Of a DNA stretch of 51,156 nt, positions 29,710 to 40,273 are shown in pieces (the stretch's first letter is position 1; every line of letters starts with the position of its first letter). The DNA is from Promethearchaeia archaeon. Lineage in GTDB: Archaea; Asgardarchaeota; Lokiarchaeia; Sigyniarchaeales; SOKP01. The stretch lies in NCBI GenBank assembly GCA_029856155.1, contig JAHQWL010000029.1, positions 1-51,156 on the forward strand. The letters are read 5' to 3'. The notes under the pieces were generated by a model. The model made no database searches. It was not told the origin of the DNA and saw nothing but the letters and a program-made list of their open reading frames with translations. The position numbers were made by a program, and so were the translations under genes.

Positions 29710-30828
29710 TTAAAGTAATCTTTTCATTATAATTTCAGAACTACGATACTTTTCCCAAAGAGACAGGAATTTTTTTAAATTCTCATCATTTTGGAATATT
29801 TGATCGCGAGCTATTCTTTTAGCTTTAAGGACACGGAGAAATTTTTTATCTAAGTTTTTCTCATAATAAATACCAAGTTTATCCAATCTATCTCTTTTCT
29901 CGCAAGTCTTAATAGTCTCAATTGCGATTTGCCCACTCATCATTGCATAAGGAATTCCTTTTCCACTTATAGGATCTACGATTCCACCAGCATCACCTAC
30001 AGCAAACACATTATCCTCGTACAATTTAGGTCGTAGACCTACTGGAATGAGGTGCGATTTAAAAATTTTTAATTCAGTACCTTTTAGTGCGTTTTTAACG
30101 AAAGTCAAATTCTCAAATTTTTTAAATTCCTCCCGAGAATTATTAACTAAGTTTATTTGATTACCCCATCCTACGGTAATTGTTTCGGCTTTTGGAAATA
30201 ACCATGCATAACCAATGGGAATAAGATTTTTTATACCAAAAAATGCATGAACTGTATCACTGCCTAACATTTTACTAATAAATGCTTTAGAAGTTTTCAT
30301 TTCTTTAGTAATTGTTAAAATTAAATTTTTTTTTTCGAAATATGGCCATCCTAATAATTTCAGAGTTGTAGAGGTGGCTCCATCAGAAGCAATTATGTAT
30401 TTAACAATATATTTTCCCTTTTTGGTGCTAACCCTATAAAGACTATCTATTTTTTCAATATTAATTAAAGGTTCACTTTCCTTCAGAATTGCACCACTAT
30501 CCACTGCCATATCACTTAGAAATTTATCAAATGTACTTCGCCATATGGTTGCCCCTTTTCCTTTTTTAGAAAATCTATCCCCATCAACATGATGAAGCTC
30601 CAAGGATTCAAACTTACGACTAATTTTTTCCTCAGGATAATCTATCTTTTCTACTAACTCCCAACCTATAGCACCACCACAAGCTTTATATCGCCCTTTA
30701 TCTCCAATCATATCTTTTTCAATAATGCAGGTCTTATAACCATTTTCAGCAGCTATTTTCCCTGCAATAGAACCACCTGGACCTGCCCCTATGATAAATA
30801 CATCAAAATCAGTTTTTAAATTTTCCAT
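29710..30828 (-). CDS. geranylgeranyl reductase family FAD oxidoreductase
   Basis: IGAGPGG, KACGG, YAWLFPK and VGDAGGIVDPISGKGI. Confidence 0.88.
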   Translation of the reverse strand: MENLKTDFDVFIIGAGPGGSIAGKIAAENGYKTCIIEKDMIGDKGRYKACGGAIGWELVEKIDYPEEKISRKFESLELHHVDGDRFSKKGKGATIWRSTFDKFLSDMAVDSGAILKESEPLINIEKIDSLYRVSTKKGKYIVKYIIASDGATSTTLKLLGWPYFEKKNLILTITKEMKTSKAFISKMLGSDTVHAFFGIKNLIPIGYAWLFPKAETITVGWGNQINLVNNSREEFKKFENLTFVKNALKGTELKIFKSHLIPVGLRPKLYEDNVFAVGDAGGIVDPISGKGIPYAMMSGQIAIETIKTCEKRDRLDKLGIYYEKNLDKKFLRVLKAKRIARDQIFQNDENLKKFLSLWEKYRSSEIIMKRLL

Positions 30829-30994
30829 AATTTAACCTAATTAAATTATTGATAGTAAGAAAGATAGAATATATTACCCTTTTTAAGCAATTTCAAATAA
30901 AAACGATTATTAAAGTTTTCACTTCATTAAATTAAATCCAGATTTTGTTTCGTTCCCTTAATTCTAAAGGTTTATTGCCCTACATACCATAAAA

Positions 30995-33790
30995 TCACTC
31001 TAATATATCACAATCAATTTTAAATGTAGCAATGACATGTGGTTCTAAAGATACTTCAAGTTTATTCTTGAGATAATTGTCGATTGTAGCTTTAATTTTA
31101 TTTTTAGGTTTTTCTTCGAGAAAGTTAACAATTTCAACGTTTTTTATTGAAATCTCTTTAAAAAATTCCAACTTTGCTTTTTGTAAGGAAGGTGATATAT
31201 TATAAACTCGAATAATTAGATAATCTCCCTTTTCTGCTTTTTTCAAAGCACTTAAAATAATATTCTTGTTATCTATGTCTAAAAAGCTTAATTCACTTGG
31301 AAGAAAAGTGTTCATGTTCTTCTCTGATAGTTTATTAAATTCTGATAATACACCGTTTCGTGACAAAATTAATAATTCTGAACTTCTAAGAGTTGAGTTT
31401 AACATTAGAGGAAATATTGGTTTTAATGGACAATTAAACTCTTTTCCTTTAATATGAATTTCTGAATCCCACCAATTGGATTTAAATTCATCAATTATTA
31501 AAGATAACTCAAACTCATGATGTCCAAGACATTGAGCTTCTGGAGTATTAAGACTTGGTCCGGCATCGTTTCTTCTAGAATCTATATTATGTCTTGAAAG
31601 CCATTCAATGCAACGAAGAAGTGTAATTGCTATTTTAATTGTCCCATTTTCATCCATAATTGCTTCATATTCAGGTAATCCTCGATTCAAAACTGCAAAG
31701 CATTTTGACTTATCATGGGCTAGAATAAAATCCTTTTGATGGTTCGTTTTAGAAGGTTTTTGTGCCCAATGTCTCCCATTAGGCAACAAAATATTTCTAG
31801 GAACAACATAAAAATGGCCATCACAGAAAACCCTATCTGTTGTTATTTTGGAAGGAAAAATTACTCTAATTCTATGATCTTTACTATTATTTTCCAAATT
31901 TATTTTAAAATCAATACGATTAATACCTTTATACAAAGAGATATAAAGATTAATGATATTGTTTATATTTTTGTCTTCTCTTTGTAAACGATCTAATGTT
32001 AAAGACACAGGTAATTTCATTATCATTTTAATTTTTAATGTTTGTTGAGTTGGACCATATAGAAAAATTGAATTTTCTAAAATTTCTGTATCCTTAGTAG
32101 TATATTTTTTGTCTATTTGTTTGTGTGTGGGGCCTGAAAAATCATATTCATCTCCCCAATCACCTACATCCTCAAATTGACAAACATTTTCAAACCAAAC
32201 AGCATTTTTTTTATCATAGACATTGATTTGGCCTTGTTTTTTTACCTCTACCTTATAAAATTCATTTTCAATTTCATTTTCTTCCAAATTAATCTCAAAT
32301 TTGTCATTTTTATTTCTTTTAGGTTCATCTTTGAGTAAAATGTAATAGACTCTATAACCACATGCTGGAACATCAGCAATAAATGAAAACTGATAATTAA
32401 TATCATTTTCCGTAGAAAATCTGGGATTTATAGGAGTGGGAACACCTTGATATTCAATTTCCTCATCAAATGAATCAACTATCTTAAAATCTTTGGGAAA
32501 TCCATTCTGATTTTTTATCATTCTCGAAATGGCATTAAAAATTACAATATCTCTTCGCTTCCAAGGTAATGGATTAAATACGATTAAAGCAATTCTACTC
32601 TTCACTTGATTTTTAATTGAAATTAAATCTGAAAGATATTGAAATGAGATATTGAATATTTCATTTCCTATTTGTTCCGCCCAATCAAACCGAGTTGCCA
32701 TTTCCTTATGAACCTGATCAATACTACAACCACAAATCGAATCATGAGGATGATTTTTAATTAACCACTTTAACCCGCTTCTTATATAAGAATATGGGTA
32801 AGAAAACTTCTGGTATTTATCTAAGAGCCATGTAATTGCAGAAATTGGTTCAGTATACTTTTCAAAAATGTATTCTATTTTTGAATTTCTCTGTTTTATC
32901 CATATTCTAGCAGAAAATACCCCGGATAAAAGGTTTGAATATTTTGCACCTCTAAGTTCTCCTTGAAAAGATTTCAATTTTGGTTTTATAGTAAGAATTT
33001 TATTAATATAGTACTCAAAATCATTCTGTTCTAATAATACATCAGGATAGAGTTGATTCCATTGTTTAACGATATCTGCGATTTTTGGATTTGCCTCATA
33101 ATGATCTGAGCCATTATTGAGTAATAATAGTGGTGTTGCTGTATATTGTTCTAAATCAGCAATAACCCTCCTGATCTTTTCCAGAGCATTCTTATAGATT
33201 CCATCTTCTAAAGATATGTTTAAAAAAGCTAAAGATCCATAACCTCTTATGAGATGAATACCTAAAACTGATGCTGCATTTCCTGGAGAATCCCAAAAAA
33301 ATTCCATATTTAGTTCATTTTCTATAAATTCATTACCAAAACCTCTTTCAAAGATAATAGATGAATGATCAAATCCATAAGCGATTTGTGGTAATTGAGC
33401 TATATGACCGAACGGATCAGGAATATAAAGCGTATTCATTATCCTTCCAAATCCTCTAGCAATCTGATGTCCAATCATAAGATTTCTAATTAGTGATTCA
33501 CCACTTACTAAAAATTCATCTGGGAGAACGTACATAGGACCAATAGATAGTCTTCCTTGTTTCACATAATCTCTTACTTCCTCTTCTCTTTCAGGTCTTA
33601 CTTCTAAGTAATCCTCTAGTGGGATTACCTGGCCATCGAGTGTGAAATTTTTATAATCTAGATCAGTTTTTAGAATATTCAATAATTTATCCATCATAAT
33701 TACAAGTTTAGCACGAAACTCTTGAAAAGAGAGGTACCATTCCCGATCCCAGTGAGTTTCTGGAACGATTATTATATTATTAGCTTTCAT
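30995..33790 (-). CDS. GH38 alpha-mannosidase / mannosylglycerate hydrolase-like protein
   Basis: THWDREW, LDGQ, PDEFLVSGESLIRNL, PDPFGH, NGSDH and HPHDSICGCS. Confidence 0.93.
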   Translation of the reverse strand: MKANNIIIVPETHWDREWYLSFQEFRAKLVIMMDKLLNILKTDLDYKNFTLDGQVIPLEDYLEVRPEREEEVRDYVKQGRLSIGPMYVLPDEFLVSGESLIRNLMIGHQIARGFGRIMNTLYIPDPFGHIAQLPQIAYGFDHSSIIFERGFGNEFIENELNMEFFWDSPGNAASVLGIHLIRGYGSLAFLNISLEDGIYKNALEKIRRVIADLEQYTATPLLLLNNGSDHYEANPKIADIVKQWNQLYPDVLLEQNDFEYYINKILTIKPKLKSFQGELRGAKYSNLLSGVFSARIWIKQRNSKIEYIFEKYTEPISAITWLLDKYQKFSYPYSYIRSGLKWLIKNHPHDSICGCSIDQVHKEMATRFDWAEQIGNEIFNISFQYLSDLISIKNQVKSRIALIVFNPLPWKRRDIVIFNAISRMIKNQNGFPKDFKIVDSFDEEIEYQGVPTPINPRFSTENDINYQFSFIADVPACGYRVYYILLKDEPKRNKNDKFEINLEENEIENEFYKVEVKKQGQINVYDKKNAVWFENVCQFEDVGDWGDEYDFSGPTHKQIDKKYTTKDTEILENSIFLYGPTQQTLKIKMIMKLPVSLTLDRLQREDKNINNIINLYISLYKGINRIDFKINLENNSKDHRIRVIFPSKITTDRVFCDGHFYVVPRNILLPNGRHWAQKPSKTNHQKDFILAHDKSKCFAVLNRGLPEYEAIMDENGTIKIAITLLRCIEWLSRHNIDSRRNDAGPSLNTPEAQCLGHHEFELSLIIDEFKSNWWDSEIHIKGKEFNCPLKPIFPLMLNSTLRSSELLILSRNGVLSEFNKLSEKNMNTFLPSELSFLDIDNKNIILSALKKAEKGDYLIIRVYNISPSLQKAKLEFFKEISIKNVEIVNFLEEKPKNKIKATIDNYLKNKLEVSLEPHVIATFKIDCDILE

Positions 33791-33881
33791 CTCAAATAGC
33801 CTTTAGTCAAAAATCCTAATTGAGTTTGTTAAAGATTTGTCTAATATAAATTAATTGAATCTTATCAAAAATAAGGAATCT

Positions 33882-36044
33882 TTAATATTCCACCCAAATA
33901 GGTCCAGCATAAGACATTCTTCCATTCTCTCCAACAACACGGATCAAATAAAAATCATAACCATTTGTATTTAAAGTACTAGGATCAATCGGATTATCAC
34001 TATATTGATTTATATAATAATTATTTCCTCTTTTGATGCAACTATTTTCATACGATATCCCTGTAATAGGTTCCGTGTCAATTATAGTAATATTTACTAT
34101 TGGTGAAGATATTTGTTCAGTGTGCCATAACTTCCCGTTTTTAATAATTTCAATGGTTGCATTCCAATTTGGAATCCAATTTGGTGTGACTGAAGCAGCT
34201 TTAGACTTTTGTGCAATTGGAGCCCCATCTTGAGCCAGAAAGACATTTATTTCTCTATGTCCGGTTGAACTACTTGCTATAAATGTTGAACCATCTCCTA
34301 CATCGGTTCCATTTATCTGAAATATAAGAATCGGCCGCCCATGGTCTGAATTTGCATAAATTCTTTGGTTTTCTATTCCACTGAAAACTCCTTCTCTTGT
34401 AAGATTGCTTACATAAACAGCAGTTAAACCTCCAGGATAAGGATGTTCGTTTCGAGTATGCCATAAACTAAAAGGACGTTGATGTCCAATATATGCTCTT
34501 GTATGACTTAAACTATGACCTGGATGACCATCATGCTCATCACTATCAACATACATTGTCATTCTATACCCCATAGTAAATGCATCAACGACTGAAGAAC
34601 CATTAGTATAGATTGGAGGTGCATCAATAGCACCTACATAATTTAATTCATGGCGCTGTTCAAAGAGAAACTCTCCGTGAACAGAAGATACTTCTGCTAT
34701 TTTGACATATTTTGGATTATTATATGTCCAATCTTGAATATAAGCCTCTTTGGTGGAATGATGCGGTAGTGCTAATGCCCTTACCCCATGGGTTGATGTG
34801 AAATCATCAAGAACATTCCATAACGCTTGAGGAGACTTAACAGTAAAATATGAATCGAGTACGGGAGACTTTAATAATGTATTTCCACTGAAAATACAAA
34901 CGTAGTGACCTGTTCTGACACATGTCCATTCTATACCATGTAGTGTTACAAAATTATTAGGTTCATACCAATTATTAGTACTGGCTTCAAGATTATTAAG
35001 CGACCATGGAGTAAATAGCATAATCTCTGCATGATCTGTTAGAGCATAAAAATCAAGACATGCAATATGTTTTGCATAATAAAATGAATGACCAGGTGTG
35101 CCTGTACCATCAGAGAGTTGAGAGTGTGTATGAAGATCTCCCCAAACTATAAATGGATCTGATAAGGAATAATTATTTACTATAATAGGATTGCTATAAT
35201 ATGTATTTTTAGTTACACTATCATTTACTAAAATATAATGGAAGCCCGGAGTAGTAATACTAGCTTGAAATACATGTCTTCCGTTATCCTTACCATCTCT
35301 AATTTCATAAGCAATATCAGAACCAAATATTTGACCTGAAAATCTATATGGCTCTGGTAAATTTGCTTCAGCATTTATGATTATATCATAATTAGTGAGA
35401 TTGTATGATTTTATTGAGAATTCTACTTTTCCCTTATATACGGCACTTAAACGTTCAAAAGGATCCCAAGCTTCAATCGTGATATCAAATGTTTCATTAA
35501 TTTTAACCATAGTAGGAGCATTTACCCATAAAAGCCTAGGATTATTGTCAAACATTACCCCTAAATCAATACTAACAGAAGTCCATAAAGTAATCGGTAT
35601 GAATATAATAATTAACTCAATTGCTCTATGTTTTTTCTTTGATAATCTCTCATAACTCTGAGACCACTGAATTATTTTTTTAACAGTTATTTTTTTCCTC
35701 TTTAAAATCTCTAAAATAAGTAAAAATACTGAATAGGATATAATGAAAATAACTGAATACCAAATTACGATCTGAAGAGGAGCGATTTCTTTATAGAAAT
35801 GAACAAAAACCGTAACAATACCAATAGAAATCGCTAATATAATTCCATTTCGTTTCCAAGCGTTATCTTTTAAGAAAATATAATACATAACACCAATAAA
35901 TAAACCAATCACACACCAAAAATACCAAAAAAGTGTTACAATACCAAATCCGTAAATAATTAATCTAGGCATACGCCTTAAACGAGGCCATTGTCTATTT
36001 GATGATAATTCTTTATTATTATTTCGTTTCTTTGTTTTTTTCAT
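33882..36044 (-). CDS. membrane-anchored PHP-like (DUF3604/CehA-like) metallohydrolase
   Basis: Several N-terminal TM segments, then WGDLHTHSQLSDG, ALTDHA, GIEWT, LPHHS, DSDEHDGHPG and YAGPIWV. Confidence 0.82.
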   Translation of the reverse strand: MKKTKKRNNNKELSSNRQWPRLRRMPRLIIYGFGIVTLFWYFWCVIGLFIGVMYYIFLKDNAWKRNGIILAISIGIVTVFVHFYKEIAPLQIVIWYSVIFIISYSVFLLILEILKRKKITVKKIIQWSQSYERLSKKKHRAIELIIIFIPITLWTSVSIDLGVMFDNNPRLLWVNAPTMVKINETFDITIEAWDPFERLSAVYKGKVEFSIKSYNLTNYDIIINAEANLPEPYRFSGQIFGSDIAYEIRDGKDNGRHVFQASITTPGFHYILVNDSVTKNTYYSNPIIVNNYSLSDPFIVWGDLHTHSQLSDGTGTPGHSFYYAKHIACLDFYALTDHAEIMLFTPWSLNNLEASTNNWYEPNNFVTLHGIEWTCVRTGHYVCIFSGNTLLKSPVLDSYFTVKSPQALWNVLDDFTSTHGVRALALPHHSTKEAYIQDWTYNNPKYVKIAEVSSVHGEFLFEQRHELNYVGAIDAPPIYTNGSSVVDAFTMGYRMTMYVDSDEHDGHPGHSLSHTRAYIGHQRPFSLWHTRNEHPYPGGLTAVYVSNLTREGVFSGIENQRIYANSDHGRPILIFQINGTDVGDGSTFIASSSTGHREINVFLAQDGAPIAQKSKAASVTPNWIPNWNATIEIIKNGKLWHTEQISSPIVNITIIDTEPITGISYENSCIKRGNNYYINQYSDNPIDPSTLNTNGYDFYLIRVVGENGRMSYAGPIWVEY

Positions 36045-36155
36045 AAATCAAAGTTAATTAAAGATGTTAATAAAAATTATTTTTTGAAAAAACTTAGAAA
36101 TTTTTGTCTAATAATTATTTTATTTATCTAACTATATAAAAAAAAAATTAAAACT

Positions 36156-37691
36156 CTAGGGATAATTGAAGATAGAATTTCCAATAACACTTGAATGTGG
36201 TTTAATTCCTAATAATTCTAATAGAGTAGGAACCATATCTGTTGTTTTACAAAATTTTAATTCTATTTTTGGAATTTCAGACGAACCTCCAATAATGAAT
36301 GGGACGATCATACACTTTCTAAGTCCAATATCATGAATGTAAGGTGAAGCACTTTGAGTTACTCCATGATCATAATTAAAACCATATTCCTCTAGCGTTG
36401 AAATAATAATATCGCATGATCTAGGATTTTTAAAATAGCGTGGAATTTGATCTATAATTATTGGAAAATCAATGTGATTTGTAGCATCTAACCATTCATC
36501 TAAAGTATGAAATTTATTATCTAAAATTTTAGCTGATTTCTCATCATCATTATAATGATAAAAATCATTATCTTCAAATGTGTATTTAGTTTGTTGATCT
36601 CTCCCAAAACCTCGATATTCAATCATTCCATGTCTTTTTTTTCCAGAACTTTTTTCTAGATATTCAATATGAATGATTCCTTTTTCTGGTTTATTTTTAT
36701 CATCTCTATAGTACATATATTTAACTCCAGGAATTTTCCACAGAGTATTAAATAGATTAAATTCTTGCTTTCCCTTACCACTAACTTTAAAATCTTGCAT
36801 CTGTCGAATTGAAGGGTGATGATGCCAAGTATCCCCTGGAAAATTAAAAAACCCCACTGATCCAAAATTACAATCAAAATCTCCAGTTCCTTTTTTGGGA
36901 TTATATTGTATAAATCCTTTTTGTTGAAAGAATGGTTCAAGGTCATAAACTTTATTAGCTTTAAAATTACCGTGATCAGTAATTAAACCAATTGCAGTAG
37001 AATCATAATACCCAGTTTTTTTCAAAGTGTTCATTAAAGATCCGAGATATTTGTCGCATTCAATAATTAGATTGATATAATCAGGATGCTCAAATCCTTT
37101 TTCATGCATAATATCATCTGTATGCATAATATAACCTACGCTTATTAATGGAACTTCATTATTAGAGAAATACATACCGGGATTTTCAAAACCATTTGAA
37201 ATGTTTTTAAATATACCCTCCACATCAGAAACTATTTTAGATACAGTAAAATAAGCTCCACGATATAAGAAACAAAAGGAACTTAACATATTCCCTTCAG
37301 GAGCTTGTTCAAATATTGTTTTTACATTTTTTCCAATATCCTTGTTTATTTTTAATACTTGTGATCTATCGCTATAATTACGAATAAAAGGGGGTTTTTT
37401 ACTCTTTGATGGTGGATCTGTCCTATTTACCCAATGATACATTGGGGTACCATTTCCTTCTTTAGGAAAATATCCTGAATACGAGCCAGTAACTATATTC
37501 CCATAACATGGAAAAGTAATAGCGGGATACGAAGTAACACAATTCGAACATTTTATTCCATTCTCTGCAATTTCTGCTATATTTGGAAGCTTACCCTTGT
37601 TGATTAAATCAAATAAATGTTCAGCCCGAATATCATCAAGGATAATTAAAATTACTTGGTTGACCTTTGCGTCTCTAACCATGATAATCAA
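36156..37691 (-). CDS. alkaline phosphatase superfamily (nucleotide pyrophosphatase/phosphodiesterase) protein
   Basis: LIILDDIR, YPAITFP, DDIMH, ITDHG and TTDMVPTLLELLG. Confidence 0.88.
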   Translation of the reverse strand: MIIMVRDAKVNQVILIILDDIRAEHLFDLINKGKLPNIAEIAENGIKCSNCVTSYPAITFPCYGNIVTGSYSGYFPKEGNGTPMYHWVNRTDPPSKSKKPPFIRNYSDRSQVLKINKDIGKNVKTIFEQAPEGNMLSSFCFLYRGAYFTVSKIVSDVEGIFKNISNGFENPGMYFSNNEVPLISVGYIMHTDDIMHEKGFEHPDYINLIIECDKYLGSLMNTLKKTGYYDSTAIGLITDHGNFKANKVYDLEPFFQQKGFIQYNPKKGTGDFDCNFGSVGFFNFPGDTWHHHPSIRQMQDFKVSGKGKQEFNLFNTLWKIPGVKYMYYRDDKNKPEKGIIHIEYLEKSSGKKRHGMIEYRGFGRDQQTKYTFEDNDFYHYNDDEKSAKILDNKFHTLDEWLDATNHIDFPIIIDQIPRYFKNPRSCDIIISTLEEYGFNYDHGVTQSASPYIHDIGLRKCMIVPFIIGGSSEIPKIELKFCKTTDMVPTLLELLGIKPHSSVIGNSIFNYP

Positions 37692-37823
37692 CTAATGTTC
37701 AATTTAATTTTAAATTTTTTAACAGAATAAATAAAATTTTAAAAATCAGAGTTAAAAATTGAAATTTAAACTTTTCCTTTTTAATCGTAAAATTTTAGTT
37801 TCAGTACACATTTTTCAGATTTA

Positions 37824-38924
37824 ATGAATGAATCTGTAGAACATAATTTTATTGTAGGAATTTTTGGAGAAAATTTAGAGCACAATAAACTTATAGGACA
37901 AGCATTAGGTGCTCCCGGTACAAAATCAGATATCCAATTTTATAATAGACTTGATGCTGAGCTAAACCAAGTATTTTGTGCCTTAACTCCCTTAGATTAT
38001 CCTGATAAAATTAAGCCATTTTTACAAACACTGGTTTTAACTAATATTCACCTTTTGGTGTTAGATTTAGATATTGGCTTAAACTCTATTACCGGTGAAA
38101 TAATAGTTGGCATGGATTTATTTCACCAATTATTTAATACTAAAGCTTTAGTAATTATTTCCGGTATTAACTCAAGTAATGAATGGAAATTATTAGATTT
38201 TAAAAATAAGCTTAAGAAAATCCTTGATACAACAAGTTTAAAAGAAGCAAAAATATTCGATTTAAAGATTAAAGAAGACTACATTACATTGAAAAAGAAA
38301 ATAATTGAAATTCATTTACAGGTTCAAAAATTAAATGTGGAAATTAATGGAATTACCAAAATTTTGATAGATCATGCTTTTCCTGTAAAAGGTATCGGGA
38401 CAGTTATTTTAGGAATAATCAAGGAAGGAAAAGTAAATACTGGTCAGATGTTGGAATTAACAGGATATAATGGCCCAAGTAAAAAAGTTATTATTCGAAG
38501 TATCCAAAAACATGACAGAGATTTTAAAACCGCTATTAAAGGTGATCGGGTCGGTCTTGCTTTAAAAGGTAATATTTCCGCAGATGAGATCAGTAGAGAC
38601 AATATTTTAATTAATCAAGGATTATACAAATCAGAAAACCAAATTAAAGCAAGGATCTTTATCAATCAATTTTATAAACCAAAAAACAATATCCTTAAGC
38701 CAGGAAATGGAATTCAATATAATGCGTTAGTAGATTTAAAATCTACACCATTTAAATTTATCAATGGAGAAGAAATCCTTCCTGGAAGCTCTGGAATAGT
38801 TAATATGAAATTTGATAAATTTCTTTATCATAATGGCTCTGGATTAAAAGGAATTATAACAGATTTTAATCGATTTGAAAATAAATTGAGAATCGTAGGG
38901 TATTTTGATCAATTATTAAACTAA
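37824..38924 (+). CDS. SelB-like/EF-Tu domain II protein with degenerate G domain (aSelBL-like)
   Basis: IDHAFPVKGIGTVILG, IRSIQKHD and GDRVGLALK. No GxxxxGKT P-loop. Confidence 0.82.
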   Translation: MNESVEHNFIVGIFGENLEHNKLIGQALGAPGTKSDIQFYNRLDAELNQVFCALTPLDYPDKIKPFLQTLVLTNIHLLVLDLDIGLNSITGEIIVGMDLFHQLFNTKALVIISGINSSNEWKLLDFKNKLKKILDTTSLKEAKIFDLKIKEDYITLKKKIIEIHLQVQKLNVEINGITKILIDHAFPVKGIGTVILGIIKEGKVNTGQMLELTGYNGPSKKVIIRSIQKHDRDFKTAIKGDRVGLALKGNISADEISRDNILINQGLYKSENQIKARIFINQFYKPKNNILKPGNGIQYNALVDLKSTPFKFINGEEILPGSSGIVNMKFDKFLYHNGSGLKGIITDFNRFENKLRIVGYFDQLLN

Positions 38925-39113
38925 AAATTTTAAAGTCTTCCAAATACTAAGCCTATTAAATATTCAATAAGAATGTGTCAAGGATTATTAAAATTAGATG
39001 AATTATTTCGATGCTCAGACTTATCTTTATCTATTCTTTGATAATAATTTATATAAATTTTAAATGAAATATTGTTGTATAGCATTTGAATTTTTAATCT
39101 TTAATCATCGAAA

Positions 39114-40175
39114 ATGGATACTACTCATAAAGTATTTTTCAAAAATTCATCAGATATGAGTGAACTAGAATCTAATTCTGTAGATTTGATGATAACTTCA
39201 CCACCTTATCCTATGATTGAGATGTGGGATTCTTTATTTTTCACTCTAAATAATAAGATAAAACAAGTAATGGAAGAGGAAGATGGTAAAGAAGCATTTA
39301 ATTTAATGCATGCAGAGCTAGATAAAGTATGGAATGAAGTAGCAAGAGTTTTAAAATTAGGAGGAATTGCTTGCATAAATATTGGAGACGCTACAAGAAA
39401 AATTGGTAAAACCTTCCAGTTATTTCCAAATCATGCTAAAATAATCAATTTTTTCCAAAATCATGATTTTGTTGAACTACCTTGTATCTTATGGAGAAAA
39501 CCAACTAATAGCCCGAATAAATTCTTAGGTTCTGGAATGTTACCCCCTAATGCCTACGTTACTCTTGAACATGAATATATTTTAATTTTTAGGAAAGGAA
39601 TTATTAAAAGAGATTTACAACCAAGAGCGGAGAATAGATATCATAGTGCTTTTTTCTGGGAGGAGAGGAATAAGTGGTTTTCAGATATATGGGATGATAT
39701 AAGAGGAATTTCTCAAAATCTTGACAATTCTAATTTTGCTCAAAATGAATTGAGGGAACGATCAGCCGCTTATCCTTTAGAATTACCATATCGTTTGATC
39801 AATATGTTTTCATTATATAAAGATACTATTCTAGATCCATTCTGGGGAACCGGCACAACTTCATTAGCTGCAATGATTTCAGCTCGAAATTCAATTGGGT
39901 ATGAAATCAACCCGGAGTTTATGCAAATATTTAAAAAAAATATAAAAGAACTAAAACAAATGAATATTAATATCAATGAAAATAGATTGAATCAACATAT
40001 TAAATTTTTTGAGAGATATAGGAAAACTGGTAAAGATGTGAAATACTTTTCAGCTTATTATAGATTTCCTGTTGTTACAAAACAAGAAATTGAACTGTTA
40101 TTATATTCCATAAAAGATTATCGTGAAGATGAGAATAAATTTATTTTGCATCATCAAAAATTTGAATTTGAGTAA
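39114..40175 (+). CDS. DNA N4-cytosine/N6-adenine methyltransferase (beta class)
   Basis: ITSPPY precedes ILDPFWGTGTT. Confidence 0.92.
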   Translation: MDTTHKVFFKNSSDMSELESNSVDLMITSPPYPMIEMWDSLFFTLNNKIKQVMEEEDGKEAFNLMHAELDKVWNEVARVLKLGGIACINIGDATRKIGKTFQLFPNHAKIINFFQNHDFVELPCILWRKPTNSPNKFLGSGMLPPNAYVTLEHEYILIFRKGIIKRDLQPRAENRYHSAFFWEERNKWFSDIWDDIRGISQNLDNSNFAQNELRERSAAYPLELPYRLINMFSLYKDTILDPFWGTGTTSLAAMISARNSIGYEINPEFMQIFKKNIKELKQMNININENRLNQHIKFFERYRKTGKDVKYFSAYYRFPVVTKQEIELLLYSIKDYREDENKFILHHQKFEFE

Positions 40176-40192
40176 AAAAAAGATCTTGCATT

Positions 40193-40272
40193 AAAATCCA
40201 TTCTCGAGCAGAGTTTTCCTCAAATAACTTCCTATGAAAGGTTTTTTTATTTGAGTCATTAGTATGGATTTT
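40193..40272 (-). promoter_or_regulatory. SECIS-like (kink-turn) 3' UTR stem-loop
   Basis: Minus strand: AAAATCCAT ACTA ATGA CTCAAATAA AAAAAC CTTTC ATA GGAAG TTATTTGAG GA AAACTCTGCTCGAGA ATGGATTTT. Confidence 0.5.
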
Positions 40273-40273
40273 T

